This document shows positions 26,313 through 37,500 of a DNA stretch of 64,000 bases, in pieces. The notes under the pieces are model-generated. The model was not told the origin of the DNA and ran no database searches. It saw only the letters and a program-made list of their open reading frames with translations. Made by a program: the position numbers and the translations under genes. This stretch comes from Azolla caroliniana. Taxonomy: Eukaryota; Plantae; Polypodiophyta. Where the stretch lies: contig JBHGNT010000005.1 of NCBI GenBank assembly GCA_043228905.1, positions 14,198,001 to 14,262,000 on the forward strand, given 5' to 3'. Positions within the stretch are counted from its first letter, which is position 1. Every line of letters starts with the position of its first letter.

Positions 26313-29300
26313 TTATGACACTATCCCCCCTTTAAAACGACGAGTTTCACGAGTCGTTTTGGATTGAGGACCCGGTTTCTCGGGATATCGTCGATGGAAG
26401 TCTTCTAGAAGAGCACGAGCATTGGTCACATTCTCGATCGGTTCCCAAGTACGCTCGCTGGGACTATATCCTAGCCAATCGACTAGATAGTAGAGCTTGT
26501 TGCGAACAATCTTGGAATCGAGGATGGCAGCGACCTCATACTTAGGTCCATCTTCGAGCTCGATAGGAGGTGGAGGTTGTATAGTACGTCCTGGGATAGT
26601 GCTCTCGTGATAGGGTTCGAGGAGAGAACTATGAAACACCGGGTGTATCCGAAGTTGCGGAGGTAGCTCGAGACGAAAAGCGACATCATTAATCTTCCCG
26701 ATAATACGGAAAGGACCTAATCGTCGATAATCCAACTTCTCACATGGGCGAGTAGTCTTGATGTGTCGTCGTAGCAGCCACACCCGATCTCCAATGTTAA
26801 AACTGGATGGAAGTCGATGACGATCTGCGTAGTCCTTGTGTGATTGTTGAGCTTGCTGGAGTTGAGTAGATAAATCCGCTTGTATCTTGCGTAACCGCTC
26901 CAAACGATCCTCCGCGTAAGGATTTGTGGACACTTCTGGGGTTTCAAGGACACACCACCGGGGATGATATCCCGTATAAGCGTAGAATGGCGTGACTTTA
27001 GTCGATGCGTGGATAGCGTTATTATAGGCAAATTCGGCGAACGGAAGAATATCTGCCCAGTCATTCTGATGATAGTTGAGAAAGCACCGCAGATACTGCT
27101 CCAGTGTTTGATTTGTTCGTTCGGCTTGACCGTCGGTTTGTGGGTGGTAGCCGGAGGAGAGGTTACAAGTGACCTTCAGCATTTTAAAAAGGTGCTTCCA
27201 GAATTTTGACACAAACTGGGGTCCACGATCGCTGATGATATTATCAGGGAGTCCATGATGCCGACATACTTCCCGCATGACAATTTCGGCGGTGTCTTCA
27301 CTAGATATTTCTTTAGTACATGGTAAGAAATGAGCCATCTTCGTATATCGATCCACCACTGTGAGAATCGCACTGAATCCCTTAGAGACTGGAAGATCTG
27401 TAATGAAGTCAAGAGCAATGGATTGCCATGGCTTGCTTGGAATTGGTAATGGTTCTAATAAACCATATGGATGATGTCTTGGCATTTTCGCTCTGCAGCA
27501 TGTATCGCAAGTCCGAACAAAATCTTCGACAAATTGTCGCATACGGGGCCACCAGAATGATCGTTGTACTAAATCTAATGTTTTAGTACTACCAAAATGT
27601 CCTGCTGTATATGTGTCATGGCAGTTTTGTACTACTCGAAGGCGGCAAGAACCATTAGGAACATACAAAAGTTCTTTAAAGAAGAGTAATCCATCACAGT
27701 ATTTGAATTGCCGATAATCCGTACCTGGTGATTGTGATTGTGAACATGACGCTCGAGAGGGGTCAATTTGTGCTAGTATAGCTTGGGCGAAAGCGTCAGT
27801 CTTCAAGTCTTCACGTATAGTATTGGTAATGTCGGAATCCACGGGCATGTCAAAGATCTGTGCTGCTTGCAGTCGTGCTGGACCCAAGATTACTTGCTTC
27901 TGGTTATCGAAAGCTGGCTCACCGGGACGTGGTGTTAGATACGAACGCCGTGATAATGCATCTGCCTTCCCTTGGTGCTTCCCCGGACGATATGTAATTT
28001 TGAAGTCGAAGCGTGTGAGGAAATGGGCCCACCGAGCTTGACGTCGATTCAGTACACGAGCATCTTGAAAGTAGGCAAGGTTCTTGTGGTCACTGAATAC
28101 AGTGACCTGATGAGGAGATCCCTCCAGGAAATGCCTCCATTGCATAAAAGAATCAACTATTGCTAATAGCTCTTTATCATGAATTTCGTAGTTGATTTCG
28201 GCGGCGTCAAACTTACGGGAGTGGAAAGCCACAGGATGTAGCTTCTCGTCGTTACCCTGTTGTGACAGAATGCTCCCCAATGCGAAATCCGATGCATCAG
28301 CTTCGATAATGAATGGTTTTTCCGGATCCACATGACCTAAAATTGGAGCTGATGTAAACGCCTTCTTAAGACTCTCGAAAGCCATGTCCGTCTCTTTAGA
28401 CCAAATGAATGATTGTCCCTTCCTGGTGAGCTGTGTGAGAGGCAGCACAATTTTTGAGTAATTTTGTATGAACTTCCGGTAGAAATTTGCAAAGCCTAGG
28501 AAGCATTGCACATCCCGCACCGAACGCGGAGTGTGCCATTCTATCACCGTTTTGACCTTGGCTGGGTCCATAGATATGCCTTCTGAGGAGATGACATAGC
28601 CGAGAAACTCCACTTGGTTGCACCCGAAACTACATTTCTCTAACTTTGCATACAGACCATGTTCTCGAAGTCGTTTTAGTACTAATAGTACATGAGAATC
28701 ATGTTCTTCTTGGGTCTTTGAATAAACCAGTAGATCATCCAAATAGATGATCAAAAAATCATCCAAGAGGTCTCGAAATATATCATTCGCCATGTGCTGG
28801 AAGACTGCCGGCGCATTAGTGAGTCCGAACGGCATGACCGTATACTCGAAGTGCCCATATCTGGTGCGAAACGCGGTCTTCCATTCATCTCCTGGTCGGA
28901 TCCGTACGAGGTTATAGGCTCCTCGTAAGTCGATCTTCGTGAAGAACCTGGCACCGTTGATCCGTTCTAAAAGACTTGAGATAAGGGGAAGAGCATACCT
29001 ATTTCTTACTGTGACCTTATTCAAGCCACGGTAATCTACAACGAGTCGAAGCGAGCCATCTTTTTTCTTGACGAAGAAAATGGGTGCGCCGGCTGGAGAT
29101 TTCGAATGCCGAATGAAACCGTTCTCCAAATTCTCCTCTATATAGGCTCGAAGGACTTCTAGCTCGGTTGGTGACAAATTGTAGATCGGCCCCCATGGCG
29201 GCTCTTTTCCCGGTTGTAAGTCGATGGCGCAGTCGTACGGCCGATGATGAGGAAGTGTGTTGGCTTGTACTTTATCGAACACATCAGCATACTGACGATA

Positions 29301-29870
29301 CTTCTCGGGAAGTTGAACGGTGGACTCCTCTTTGGTGGTGCTGGAGGGTTGTACTGATATTGCAAAGAGAAACATTTCCTCCTTGCGCCCTTCCTCACGC
29401 AACTGACGTAGCGAAATGGTTGCAACCTTCTGGGTAGATCCTTGGGTTTGTCGCAACCGGATTTCCCTTGTCCTCCAATCTATGTCTGGGTCATGTAACT
29501 CGAACCATGGTAATCCTAAAACTATGGGATGTTCTGGAATACTAATAATATTAAATGATACTACACATGTTAAGTTATCTAGGACAATATTAACGGGTTC
29601 CGACTCTTCTATGATATTACCAGAAGCAATGGGACGACCATCAATGACTACTACTGAGGCTGGACATGGGAGCTTTCTTAGAGATATCTGATGAGCTCGG
29701 GCAAAATTCCTATCCATGAAGCAAGAATTAGCTCCGGAATCTAGAAGGGCTAAGGTATGTACTGGAGGGGTTCTTTTAGTACTAACTGCTACTTGGACTA
29801 CGAACACATCACTAACTTGCTTAGAGGGAATGGAACCACTAATGGGCTGCACAGATCTAGGGCTGTCCAA
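26313..29870 (-). CDS. pol: Pol polyprotein (aspartic protease, RT, RNase H, integrase, chromodomain)
   Basis: 1185-aa open frame: LLDSGA, YLDD, EADASDFALG, HHCC zinc finger, DDE core (DFITDLP/SDRG/GQAE), GPF, chromodomain YEVAAILDS...WEP. The frame runs through the PPT into the 3' LTR. The N-terminus is probably supplied by a -1 frameshift. Confidence 0.97.
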   Translation of the reverse strand: MDSPRSVQPISGSIPSKQVSDVFVVQVAVSTKRTPPVHTLALLDSGANSCFMDRNFARAHQISLRKLPCPASVVVIDGRPIASGNIIEESEPVNIVLDNLTCVVSFNIISIPEHPIVLGLPWFELHDPDIDWRTREIRLRQTQGSTQKVATISLRQLREEGRKEEMFLFAISVQPSSTTKEESTVQLPEKYRQYADVFDKVQANTLPHHRPYDCAIDLQPGKEPPWGPIYNLSPTELEVLRAYIEENLENGFIRHSKSPAGAPIFFVKKKDGSLRLVVDYRGLNKVTVRNRYALPLISSLLERINGARFFTKIDLRGAYNLVRIRPGDEWKTAFRTRYGHFEYTVMPFGLTNAPAVFQHMANDIFRDLLDDFLIIYLDDLLVYSKTQEEHDSHVLLVLKRLREHGLYAKLEKCSFGCNQVEFLGYVISSEGISMDPAKVKTVIEWHTPRSVRDVQCFLGFANFYRKFIQNYSKIVLPLTQLTRKGQSFIWSKETDMAFESLKKAFTSAPILGHVDPEKPFIIEADASDFALGSILSQQGNDEKLHPVAFHSRKFDAAEINYEIHDKELLAIVDSFMQWRHFLEGSPHQVTVFSDHKNLAYFQDARVLNRRQARWAHFLTRFDFKITYRPGKHQGKADALSRRSYLTPRPGEPAFDNQKQVILGPARLQAAQIFDMPVDSDITNTIREDLKTDAFAQAILAQIDPSRASCSQSQSPGTDYRQFKYCDGLLFFKELLYVPNGSCRLRVVQNCHDTYTAGHFGSTKTLDLVQRSFWWPRMRQFVEDFVRTCDTCCRAKMPRHHPYGLLEPLPIPSKPWQSIALDFITDLPVSKGFSAILTVVDRYTKMAHFLPCTKEISSEDTAEIVMREVCRHHGLPDNIISDRGPQFVSKFWKHLFKMLKVTCNLSSGYHPQTDGQAERTNQTLEQYLRCFLNYHQNDWADILPFAEFAYNNAIHASTKVTPFYAYTGYHPRWCVLETPEVSTNPYAEDRLERLRKIQADLSTQLQQAQQSHKDYADRHRLPSSFNIGDRVWLLRRHIKTTRPCEKLDYRRLGPFRIIGKINDVAFRLELPPQLRIHPVFHSSLLEPYHESTIPGRTIQPPPPIELEDGPKYEVAAILDSKIVRNKLYYLVDWLGYSPSERTWEPIENVTNARALLEDFHRRYPEKPGPQSKTTRETRRFKGGIVS

Positions 29871-30009
29871 CCAAACGGCTCCTATTTTGGCTGGACTTAG
29901 TCGTTTAACTCTTCTTCTAATTGGCTAAGGACATCAAATTTGTTTGCGAGATTCGGACTATTAGTACTATTAGGACTATTATGACTATGAGGATTATCAG
30001 AGATTCCCA

Positions 30010-31065
30010 TCACATTGACTCGGGTTTAGTATAGTCAGAACTAACAATGACTTGGTTTACCTGCCTTCTTGGTCTATGGGGACAGTTTATCGCGATATGC
30101 CCTGGTCCACCGCAATAAAGGCATAATCGGTTTGTTCGGCGTCGTTGCTTTTCCTCCTCCGATAGCGGCCCACGACGACGTGTAGTGTCAATTTCCATTG
30201 GAGTTGGAGTACTTACTGGAGGCGCATTATGTGACTCCCTTTGAAAAGGTTTCGCTACCATTGAGGCATAGGTAGGCTCGGATCTTGCCCTCGGCATCTG
30301 AAATTGTCGTTCCGAACGTCGCTCGAAGAGGCGGTTGTCACATCTGACCGCTCGACTGATTGCTTCTGTTAATGATTTTGGCTCTTCAGGGAAAGTCAAG
30401 AGTAAATCCTTGACATCGTTGCGTAGACCATAGCGGAACTGCTCCATCAATGCTTGATCATCCCAGGGGATATCGGCGGCGAGTAGGCGGAAATCTGCAG
30501 CATATGCGGAGGCTGGACGGTCACCTTGGCGTAATCGCCGGATTTTGTTGATTGCAGTCCTTATGCTGTCAGTATCTCCAAAACATGCTTTAAACTCACT
30601 TATGAATTCTTCAAAATTATTTAGTACTGGAGATTCCTTTTCTAGTAGCGGTGCGAACCATGCTAATGCTGAGCCAGTTAACAACGTGCCTACTAAACCC
30701 ACTCGTGATGCATCGGTGGGATATCGGGACGGATGCATTTGAATAACTAACCGTACCTGGTTAAGAAACCCTCTAAACTGCGATCGCGTTCCATCGAACT
30801 TCGTGGGAAGGCCAATCTTGGGTTCTTTATGAATCCCTTGTGCTCCGTGCCCTTGTTGTTGCATTGCTACGATGGTTGCTTCGAGTTGTTGCACGCGTAA
30901 CGCAAGTTCCCCATGCTGTTGTTGCGTTTGCTGCTTTTCTAAGGAAATTTGCTGAAGATCCCCCAACAAGCGTTGATTTTCTTGTTCCAAAGCATGAAAC
31001 TTCTCTTTCAAGCATTGAAATTCCGAGAAAACGGATTGATACTCTTCAGCGCTAACGGTGGCCAT
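30010..31065 (-). CDS. gag: Gag (coiled coil, capsid-like region, CCHC knuckle), PEG10/sushi-like
   Basis: 351 aa; KFDGTRSQFRGFLNQ and CLYCGGPGHIAINCP. Stops ~38 codons earlier than sibling copies. Confidence 0.93.
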   Translation of the reverse strand: MATVSAEEYQSVFSEFQCLKEKFHALEQENQRLLGDLQQISLEKQQTQQQHGELALRVQQLEATIVAMQQQGHGAQGIHKEPKIGLPTKFDGTRSQFRGFLNQVRLVIQMHPSRYPTDASRVGLVGTLLTGSALAWFAPLLEKESPVLNNFEEFISEFKACFGDTDSIRTAINKIRRLRQGDRPASAYAADFRLLAADIPWDDQALMEQFRYGLRNDVKDLLLTFPEEPKSLTEAISRAVRCDNRLFERRSERQFQMPRARSEPTYASMVAKPFQRESHNAPPVSTPTPMEIDTTRRRGPLSEEEKQRRRTNRLCLYCGGPGHIAINCPHRPRRQVNQVIVSSDYTKPESM

Positions 31066-31141
31066 GGGATGAAGGAAAAGGGAAATAAGAGACTAGTAGG
31101 AAAGGAGAGAGACAGAAGGAAGAGGGAGACTAGTAGGAGGT

Positions 31142-31153
31142 AAATCGGTTCAA
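31142..31153 (-). other. Non-tRNA (self-priming) primer binding site
   Basis: Minus strand TTGAACCGATTT, 2 nt after the 5' LTR, is complementary to AAATCGGTTCAA at 31407-31396, which starts 33 nt downstream of TATAAAA (31440-31434). Confidence 0.85.
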
Positions 31154-31284
31154 ACTGTCAGGAACTCTATTAAGGCAGAGAAGGAATTAGTACTAAAAGA
31201 AGGATTAGTACTATTGTTGGGGAATAGTACTAAGACAGAGAAGGATTAGTACTATGAGAGGTGTCGAACTTTGAGAGAAGGAAT

Positions 31285-31326
<42 letters not shown>

Positions 31327-33218
31327 TGATGCGAAAGATATATGTATTATATGACGGAAGATATACAACAGTAGTTAGAAGGCTTAAGACTGGCGTTGAA
31401 CCGATTTGGTTCGAACTAATGCCTTGCGCCTCCTTTTATAGTGTCTTCAGGAATACTCCCGAAGTTTCTAGAATGTTCCAGAGAAATCTGGAATATACAT
31501 CAATTTCCTAATAAAACCTAAATGAAAATAATATCCTTCAAATTACAACTCATAACCTAATGGTAAAGTCTCGACCCGTGTAACAAAAGGTTATGGGTTC
31601 GAGTCTAGTTATGACAATACCTTGCTGGATTTCCAATGTCTCCCAGTTTCAGCTTGTACACCCACTTGTTCCGGAGCGCCCACTTTCCTTTTGGCAACTC
31701 TGTCAATTCGTATGTGTGGTTCTCATGTAGGGAATCCATCTCGTCCTACATGGCACTCAACCACTTGTGGTTGTGGGTGTCTTTCTTTGCTTCTTCGAAG
31801 CTTTCCGGCTCCCCCTCATTGGTCAGCAATATATGCTCTACATCAGGAAATCTCCGGGGGGCTCTTCTCTCTCTGAGAGGGTATCTCTGTCCTTGGTATT
31901 CCAATACCGGTTCCTCCATTAGTTCCGAATTTGAATCTGATTTGGGTTCTTGACCGGTTCCGGTGTCCGATTCTTCTTCTTCTTCGGTTGGTTCGGTTTC
32001 TTTTTCGAAACTGGCTGGTTCGTCGAGTGTCATCCGATTACCAACTAACTTTCAGTTTTCAATTGAGTATGTCCTTGTGTCCTCAAACCAAGTTTCATTG
32101 GTTGATCCGGAGTTCATCATCTTCTTCTCCGACTCCCAATCGGCAATGGTCTTGTCTTCCATGAAGACTATGTCCCGACTGTGGAACACCTTCTTGTCGA
32201 CTAGATCCCACACTAGGTAACCGAATTCATGATCGCCATATCCAAGAAATATGCATGGCCGGGACTTCGGATCCAACTTTTCTCTCTTGGCCTTTGCGAC
32301 ATGCACATATCCGAGACACCCGAACACCTTCAGATGTCAGTAAGACACGTCTTTACCTGTCCATACTCTATGTGGTGTGCCTCCTTCATGGTTGTTTAAG
32401 TACCCGTATTTAACGTTTAAATACGTATAGTACATCATCATTTGTATAGTACGATTCAGCGTATCCGAATCAAACATCCGAACTGACTCGGCTTCCTCCG
32501 ATCGGTTTTCGCTCTCATCTGAGTTGGCTGTCTCCAACTCGTCTTCGGTCTTCTCGCCCTTGATGGCTTCGTCTCCCCCACGCTTGGTTGGCTTCGGCTC
32601 TTTCTTTCGACTGCTCCCCTTATGTCCGTTTTCGGACTCTTTCGCGGATCCGCCCTCGGCTTCTTCAGCCGATCCGAATTCGAATTCGTCATCCGACTCG
32701 GCGTCACGGTCTTTTACGCTCCTTTCCTACTCCCTTCCATGGTCATCATGGACATCTCTCCCCCTCAAGTTCGGCACGTCGAGGTGATGCAACCCAAGCA
32801 CACCCGAGAATTGCCGCAACTTGTCCAGACCAAGAGGCTTGGTGAAGATGTCGGCATTCTGCCGATCCATCGGAACATATTGAACTTCGACTTCACCGGA
32901 GAGGACACGCTCATGGACGAAATGGTAGTGCACCTCAATGTGCTTGGTCCGGGCGTGGAAGAGGGGGTTCTTTGCTAGCTGGATGCTACTAAGGTTGTCG
33001 TAGTAGATTGTCCTTGGATCGGATACCTCCACCTGCAGATCCTTAAGTAGCCGCATCAACCATATGGCTTCACATGTCGCGACATCCGCTCCTCTATACT
33101 CGGCTTCGGTGCTCGATAGCACAACTGTTGGTTGCTTCTTGCTACTCCACACGATCGTGGCACTCCCAAGAGAGAACACGTATCCGGACGTGGATCGGCA
33201 ATCATGGGCGTTTCCGGT

Positions 33219-33665
33219 TGTTGTTCGATCGACAATTGCTATTTTGCCGACATAGTATAAGACGAACGTTCGTTTGGAACATTCTATCAAGAAGTTGTGG
33301 TTAGACGAATAGATAGGAATTAGCTGTAAACTTATCGGTGATAACAGGCACCGAGATCGTGACTTATGTAATATGGCTTAGACAGAAATAAACAGATGAC
33401 AAGGAGCAATCCGTACACAGAGATTTCCTAACCAACTTTATATTACTAAATACAACGATAGATTTTTACAATGCCTTCGGTTCCTTTTATAGGTAACCCG
33501 AAGGTCTTTTCTCATCAAGAAATCCTACTGCTTATACTTAACAAGAATTACAAAACATAACTAACTATGTCCTATTCGGCTATTTGCTGAGTCATCGATC
33601 CGAACTGTCGATCCAACTCCGAACATCTTTCCGATTCCGACGCATCTAGACTTTTCCATGTAACA
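33219..33665 (-). mobile_element. Solo LTR related to the LTR at 21348-21843
   Basis: TGTT...AACA; TSD CCGGT/CCGGC. Shares TTACCTATAAAAG, GAACGTTCG and TGTCGGC motifs with 21348-21843. Confidence 0.85.
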
Positions 33666-34514
33666 CCGGCCCAATCGACATCGGTGTAACTGACCAACTG
33701 CGCAGTAGTATCGGTCCAATATAGTAGCCTCTGGTCCTTAGTGCCACTGACGTACTGGAGTACGCGTTGTGCGCACTGAAGGTGCTCCTCGGTTGGGCGT
33801 GCCACGAACTGACTAATCACCTCGACCACGTAGTTGAGATCTAGTCAGGTGATGGTCAAATATATAAGGCTTCCAACTATCTGTCGGAACCTCATCGGGT
33901 CGCATACCTTTTCCGAATCAGGGCGAAGCTTGACGGTTCTATCCAGAGGAGTCGACACTGACTTACAGTCGGCCATCCCGAATTTGAAGATCATACTCAG
34001 CACGTAATGTCGTTGGCTGATCAGTATGCCTTCGGGGGTGCGGATCACTTCGATCCCGAGGAAGTAATGAAGGTCCCCCAGATCCTTCATGTCGAATGAT
34101 GCCGCAAGCTGGAGCTTCACGCGGTCAATCTTATCGCAACCGGTACCTGTGATGACCAAGTCATCAACATAAAGTAAAATGCTAACCAACCCTAGTCGAC
34201 CATTGCAGATGAATAGTGAGGAGTCCTATTTTGACGTCGCAAAGCCCAACCGACGCAATCATTGCGTGATCTTCGCGTTCCAAGCACACGGGGCTTGCTT
34301 TAGTCCGTAAAGGGACTTCTTCAATCGGCACACCGTCGAAGTGTTCGTTCCGGAGTGAAATCCGGGGGGTTGTACCATGTACACCTGTTCCTCAAGCTCA
34401 CCTTGCAGGAACGCATTCTTTACATACATCTGATGTAAGTGCCACCCCTTTGCCGCAGCTACCGCGAGCAAAACACAAACGGTCATCATCTTCACGACCG
34501 ACGCAAATGTCTCA

Positions 34515-37500
34515 TCGTGTGAAAAGTGCAATGAAGAAAATAAGTTTTAAAGGAAATAACGTAGTCTAATGGTATCTTAATTGCCTCTTATCTTAGAGGT
34601 GTAAGGTTCAAACCCTTCCTTGCACCTCATTGTATGCGTTTGGCTTATTTTATATATTTCTGTAATGAACACCTAAACATACATTACACGTGCACATTCA
34701 TGTGTTAACATACACGTCTAACCATCACTCCTTTCATACGTGTGCATATTGCATCTTCTCGATTTCCCTCGTTCCATGCGATTTTCATACTGTTGCCAAA
34801 AATCTTCACGACATCCCCCCCCACGAAACCGCACGTCCTCCAGTACGTGCCAAGGAGTGTGAGATTTCGGCTGCGGTGATCAATCAATTTCTTCCATGTC
34901 CTCATCAACCTCGCTCACATTTGTGGATCCCACCGTACTATCTTCATTGTTGAGGTCATCTAGGTTAGGACCCTCATCTTGTCTTTTCTTGAATATCTCT
35001 ACTCTTTTCCCCGCAATGGGTATGGCCAGCCTTGATCCGTCTAGCTCCGCGAGGTGGTAGGTGGCGTTGTCGTTGGCACTCATCACCACATACGGTCTGA
35101 ACCACCTTCTTGCGAACATCCTTGTCGTCCTGTGTTGGTTGTCCAAGTTGTTGTCATAGACCAATACCCAATCTCCTTCTTCGATCTTCTTGGGACGCAA
35201 TTAGTGTGTCTTATCAAACCGAATCTTATTCTTCACGCGGGCTGTCTCTATTATCTTTCGCGCGTTCTCTAGGTCTTCGGGTCTTCTTTCGAGTTGCCTT
35301 ATTCGTGCCGCCAATAATTCTTCCCGGCTCATCTCATTCTCCCATGGTATTGCTACCCATGAGGCGATCGTCCTCTTGATGGGCATTACTGGTTTCTGTC
35401 CATACATGAGCTCTACTGGCATATAGCCTGTCACGGAACTATGTGTAGTTCTATTGGCCCACAATGCATAGGGCAATAATCGCGGCCAATTCCCAACTCG
35501 ACCATCACATGCTCGTACGATGGCTTTGACTATGGGCCCATGTCCTCGCTCGATCTTCCCATTTGCTTCCGGATTATAGGCAGTTGTGAGGGAGAGGTTT
35601 ACACCTAGTCGCTCGAAGAGCTCCATTGCTTCGTGTGCATCTAGCTCCCCTCGGTCGGCCACTATCTTTCCCACACATCCGTATCGGCAATCGACCTCTT
35701 CGAGTACAAATTTGCATATGGTTGTCGTTGTCTTATTTGCTAAGGCTCGTCCTTCTACCTAGTTTGGGGCACCCCTTTATAGGGACATCATCGAGGAAAG
35801 GCATCGTAATATCTGGGATGCAGTCTCTTAGTACTTTGTTCATGGCGTTCATCATGTGGGCCACCGAGTTAGTTGCCCCTTGCGGTAATGTACACATCCT
35901 TACTAGCCCGATGGGAGTCCGCATCGTTGTGATGTCTCGACTATCCAAAGACAATTGAAATTGGGGGTATCCAAAATACAAGTCTCCAATCGAGTAAATC
36001 GACCTTCCTGCAAAAGCTTCAACAAACTCATCAACACTGGGTCCAATACCAACATTACGAATGGTGACCTTGTTTACCGGTTGCAGATCTTGGATAAATC
36101 GAAGCGCTCCATTCTTTTTCGACACTGTGAACCACCTATTTGAATAAGGCGCATTAGATGGCTCAAGGATTCCCATTCTAATCTTTTCTTTTAACAACTC
36201 CAACAATCTTGGAATGTGAGCTCTTGGAACCGGAATTGGCTTCAAGTTCCATGGCACATGGGGTATTGTAAAGATAACCATTGGTTCCATAAACGTTGGG
36301 TCAACACATCCGATTTCTTGTGGGGAAAAGGAAAATGCTTTCCCGTGTTGCTCCAACATTTTCCGGAACTTGGACTCTTCTTTGGGAAGCAAAAACTCAC
36401 CCCCACCAACTTTGAGCTTCCGTGGGTCAAGTTTTGTCGGTGAAGACATGCCCTACTCCTTTCGGGTCTCTAAGGCACGGATCTCGTGCTACCTCCTTTA
36501 TTCGTTGCCAACTGTCTTCAGGCAAGGGAGCAGCCATAGGTTTGACCTTCTTATCCACAGTCTTGTATTTGGTATTAACTTCGACTTCATCCGTCGCGAC
36601 ACCTTGTTTGTATTCGTCGATGGCGGTGTATAAGGCGACAGAGTTAATTGGAATCATTTTGTTGACTTGCAGTTTCAATTTGATGACTTTCTCCATTTCC
36701 CCAAGAGTATCATCAAATGATATCATCTCCATGTACCCGTTTATTTCCTCTTCCTCGCTCATAATCCTGATTTCTCTAAGTTGTTCCTCTAGGATTCCTA
36801 TTTTAATATCTCCTCTATTCATGTTGTTAAATTTACGCATTCCATTTTCAGAAAACAAGACTTCATTTTCATTAATGGGGTGACAACTTTTATTATACTA
36901 ATTTGGGGACATAGTTAGATGTCCCAAACTATTGTTGTCCCTCTCCCTAATAGCCCGAATTAAAAATCCTCCCTAACTTCTTTCCCTAAGTTATGCCTAT
37001 TCCTTTCATGGTTCGGTTGTACTGTGAGGAATTGAACCGAGCTTGTCCCATCTTGACTTCATATCCACGCATATGTTGAACCATTATCAAGTACCTTTGT
37101 CTCCATTCGGGATGCTGTTATGTAAGGCTCGCCTAGGATGACAGGATGTGACGCCGATTCCTGTACAAAAAAGTGTTGATCATGCTCAACGTCACCAATA
37201 GTTACCTTAACGTTAGGGCAGGCCCCATGAAGCTCTTCCATCGCCCTAGTTGCCACTCGAATCTTCCACCCATGCCTAGTATTAATGGGCCAGCGACCCT
37301 TTCGATAGAAGTCAAGAGACATGAGGTTGATCTCCAAGCCATGATCAATGAGCGCCACCTCTGAATCTTTCAAATCTCCCATCCGCACCGGTGTCTCGGT
37401 AGTAGCCCTAGCCCAATGTGGCCTTGCAAAATGGCTATCGACAAATTCTTGTTTAGTTTCGAGACCTTCCATTGTGATAGCGATCGTCGAGACATTTGTC

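Larger units (their letters stand above)
25854..31616 (-). mobile_element. Very young full-length Tcn1/sushi-like chromovirus
   Basis: LTRs 25854-26320 and 31156-31616 are identical by eye except (GA)20 vs (GA)17. Perfect TSD ATACC (25849-25853, 31617-31621). PPT AAAGGGGGGATAG on the minus strand next to 26320. Confidence 0.98.
24828..32370 (-). mobile_element. Copia (Tnt1/Tork-like) 3' part: 3' LTR, truncated RT, IN end; host of the young chromovirus
   Basis: LTR ~24828-25373 ending CCCAACA. RT motifs [14 protein letters not shown] and LYVNDM (25172-25666). FGCLGYVHV...CIFLGY (32052-32327). Split at TSD ATACC. Confidence 0.85.
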
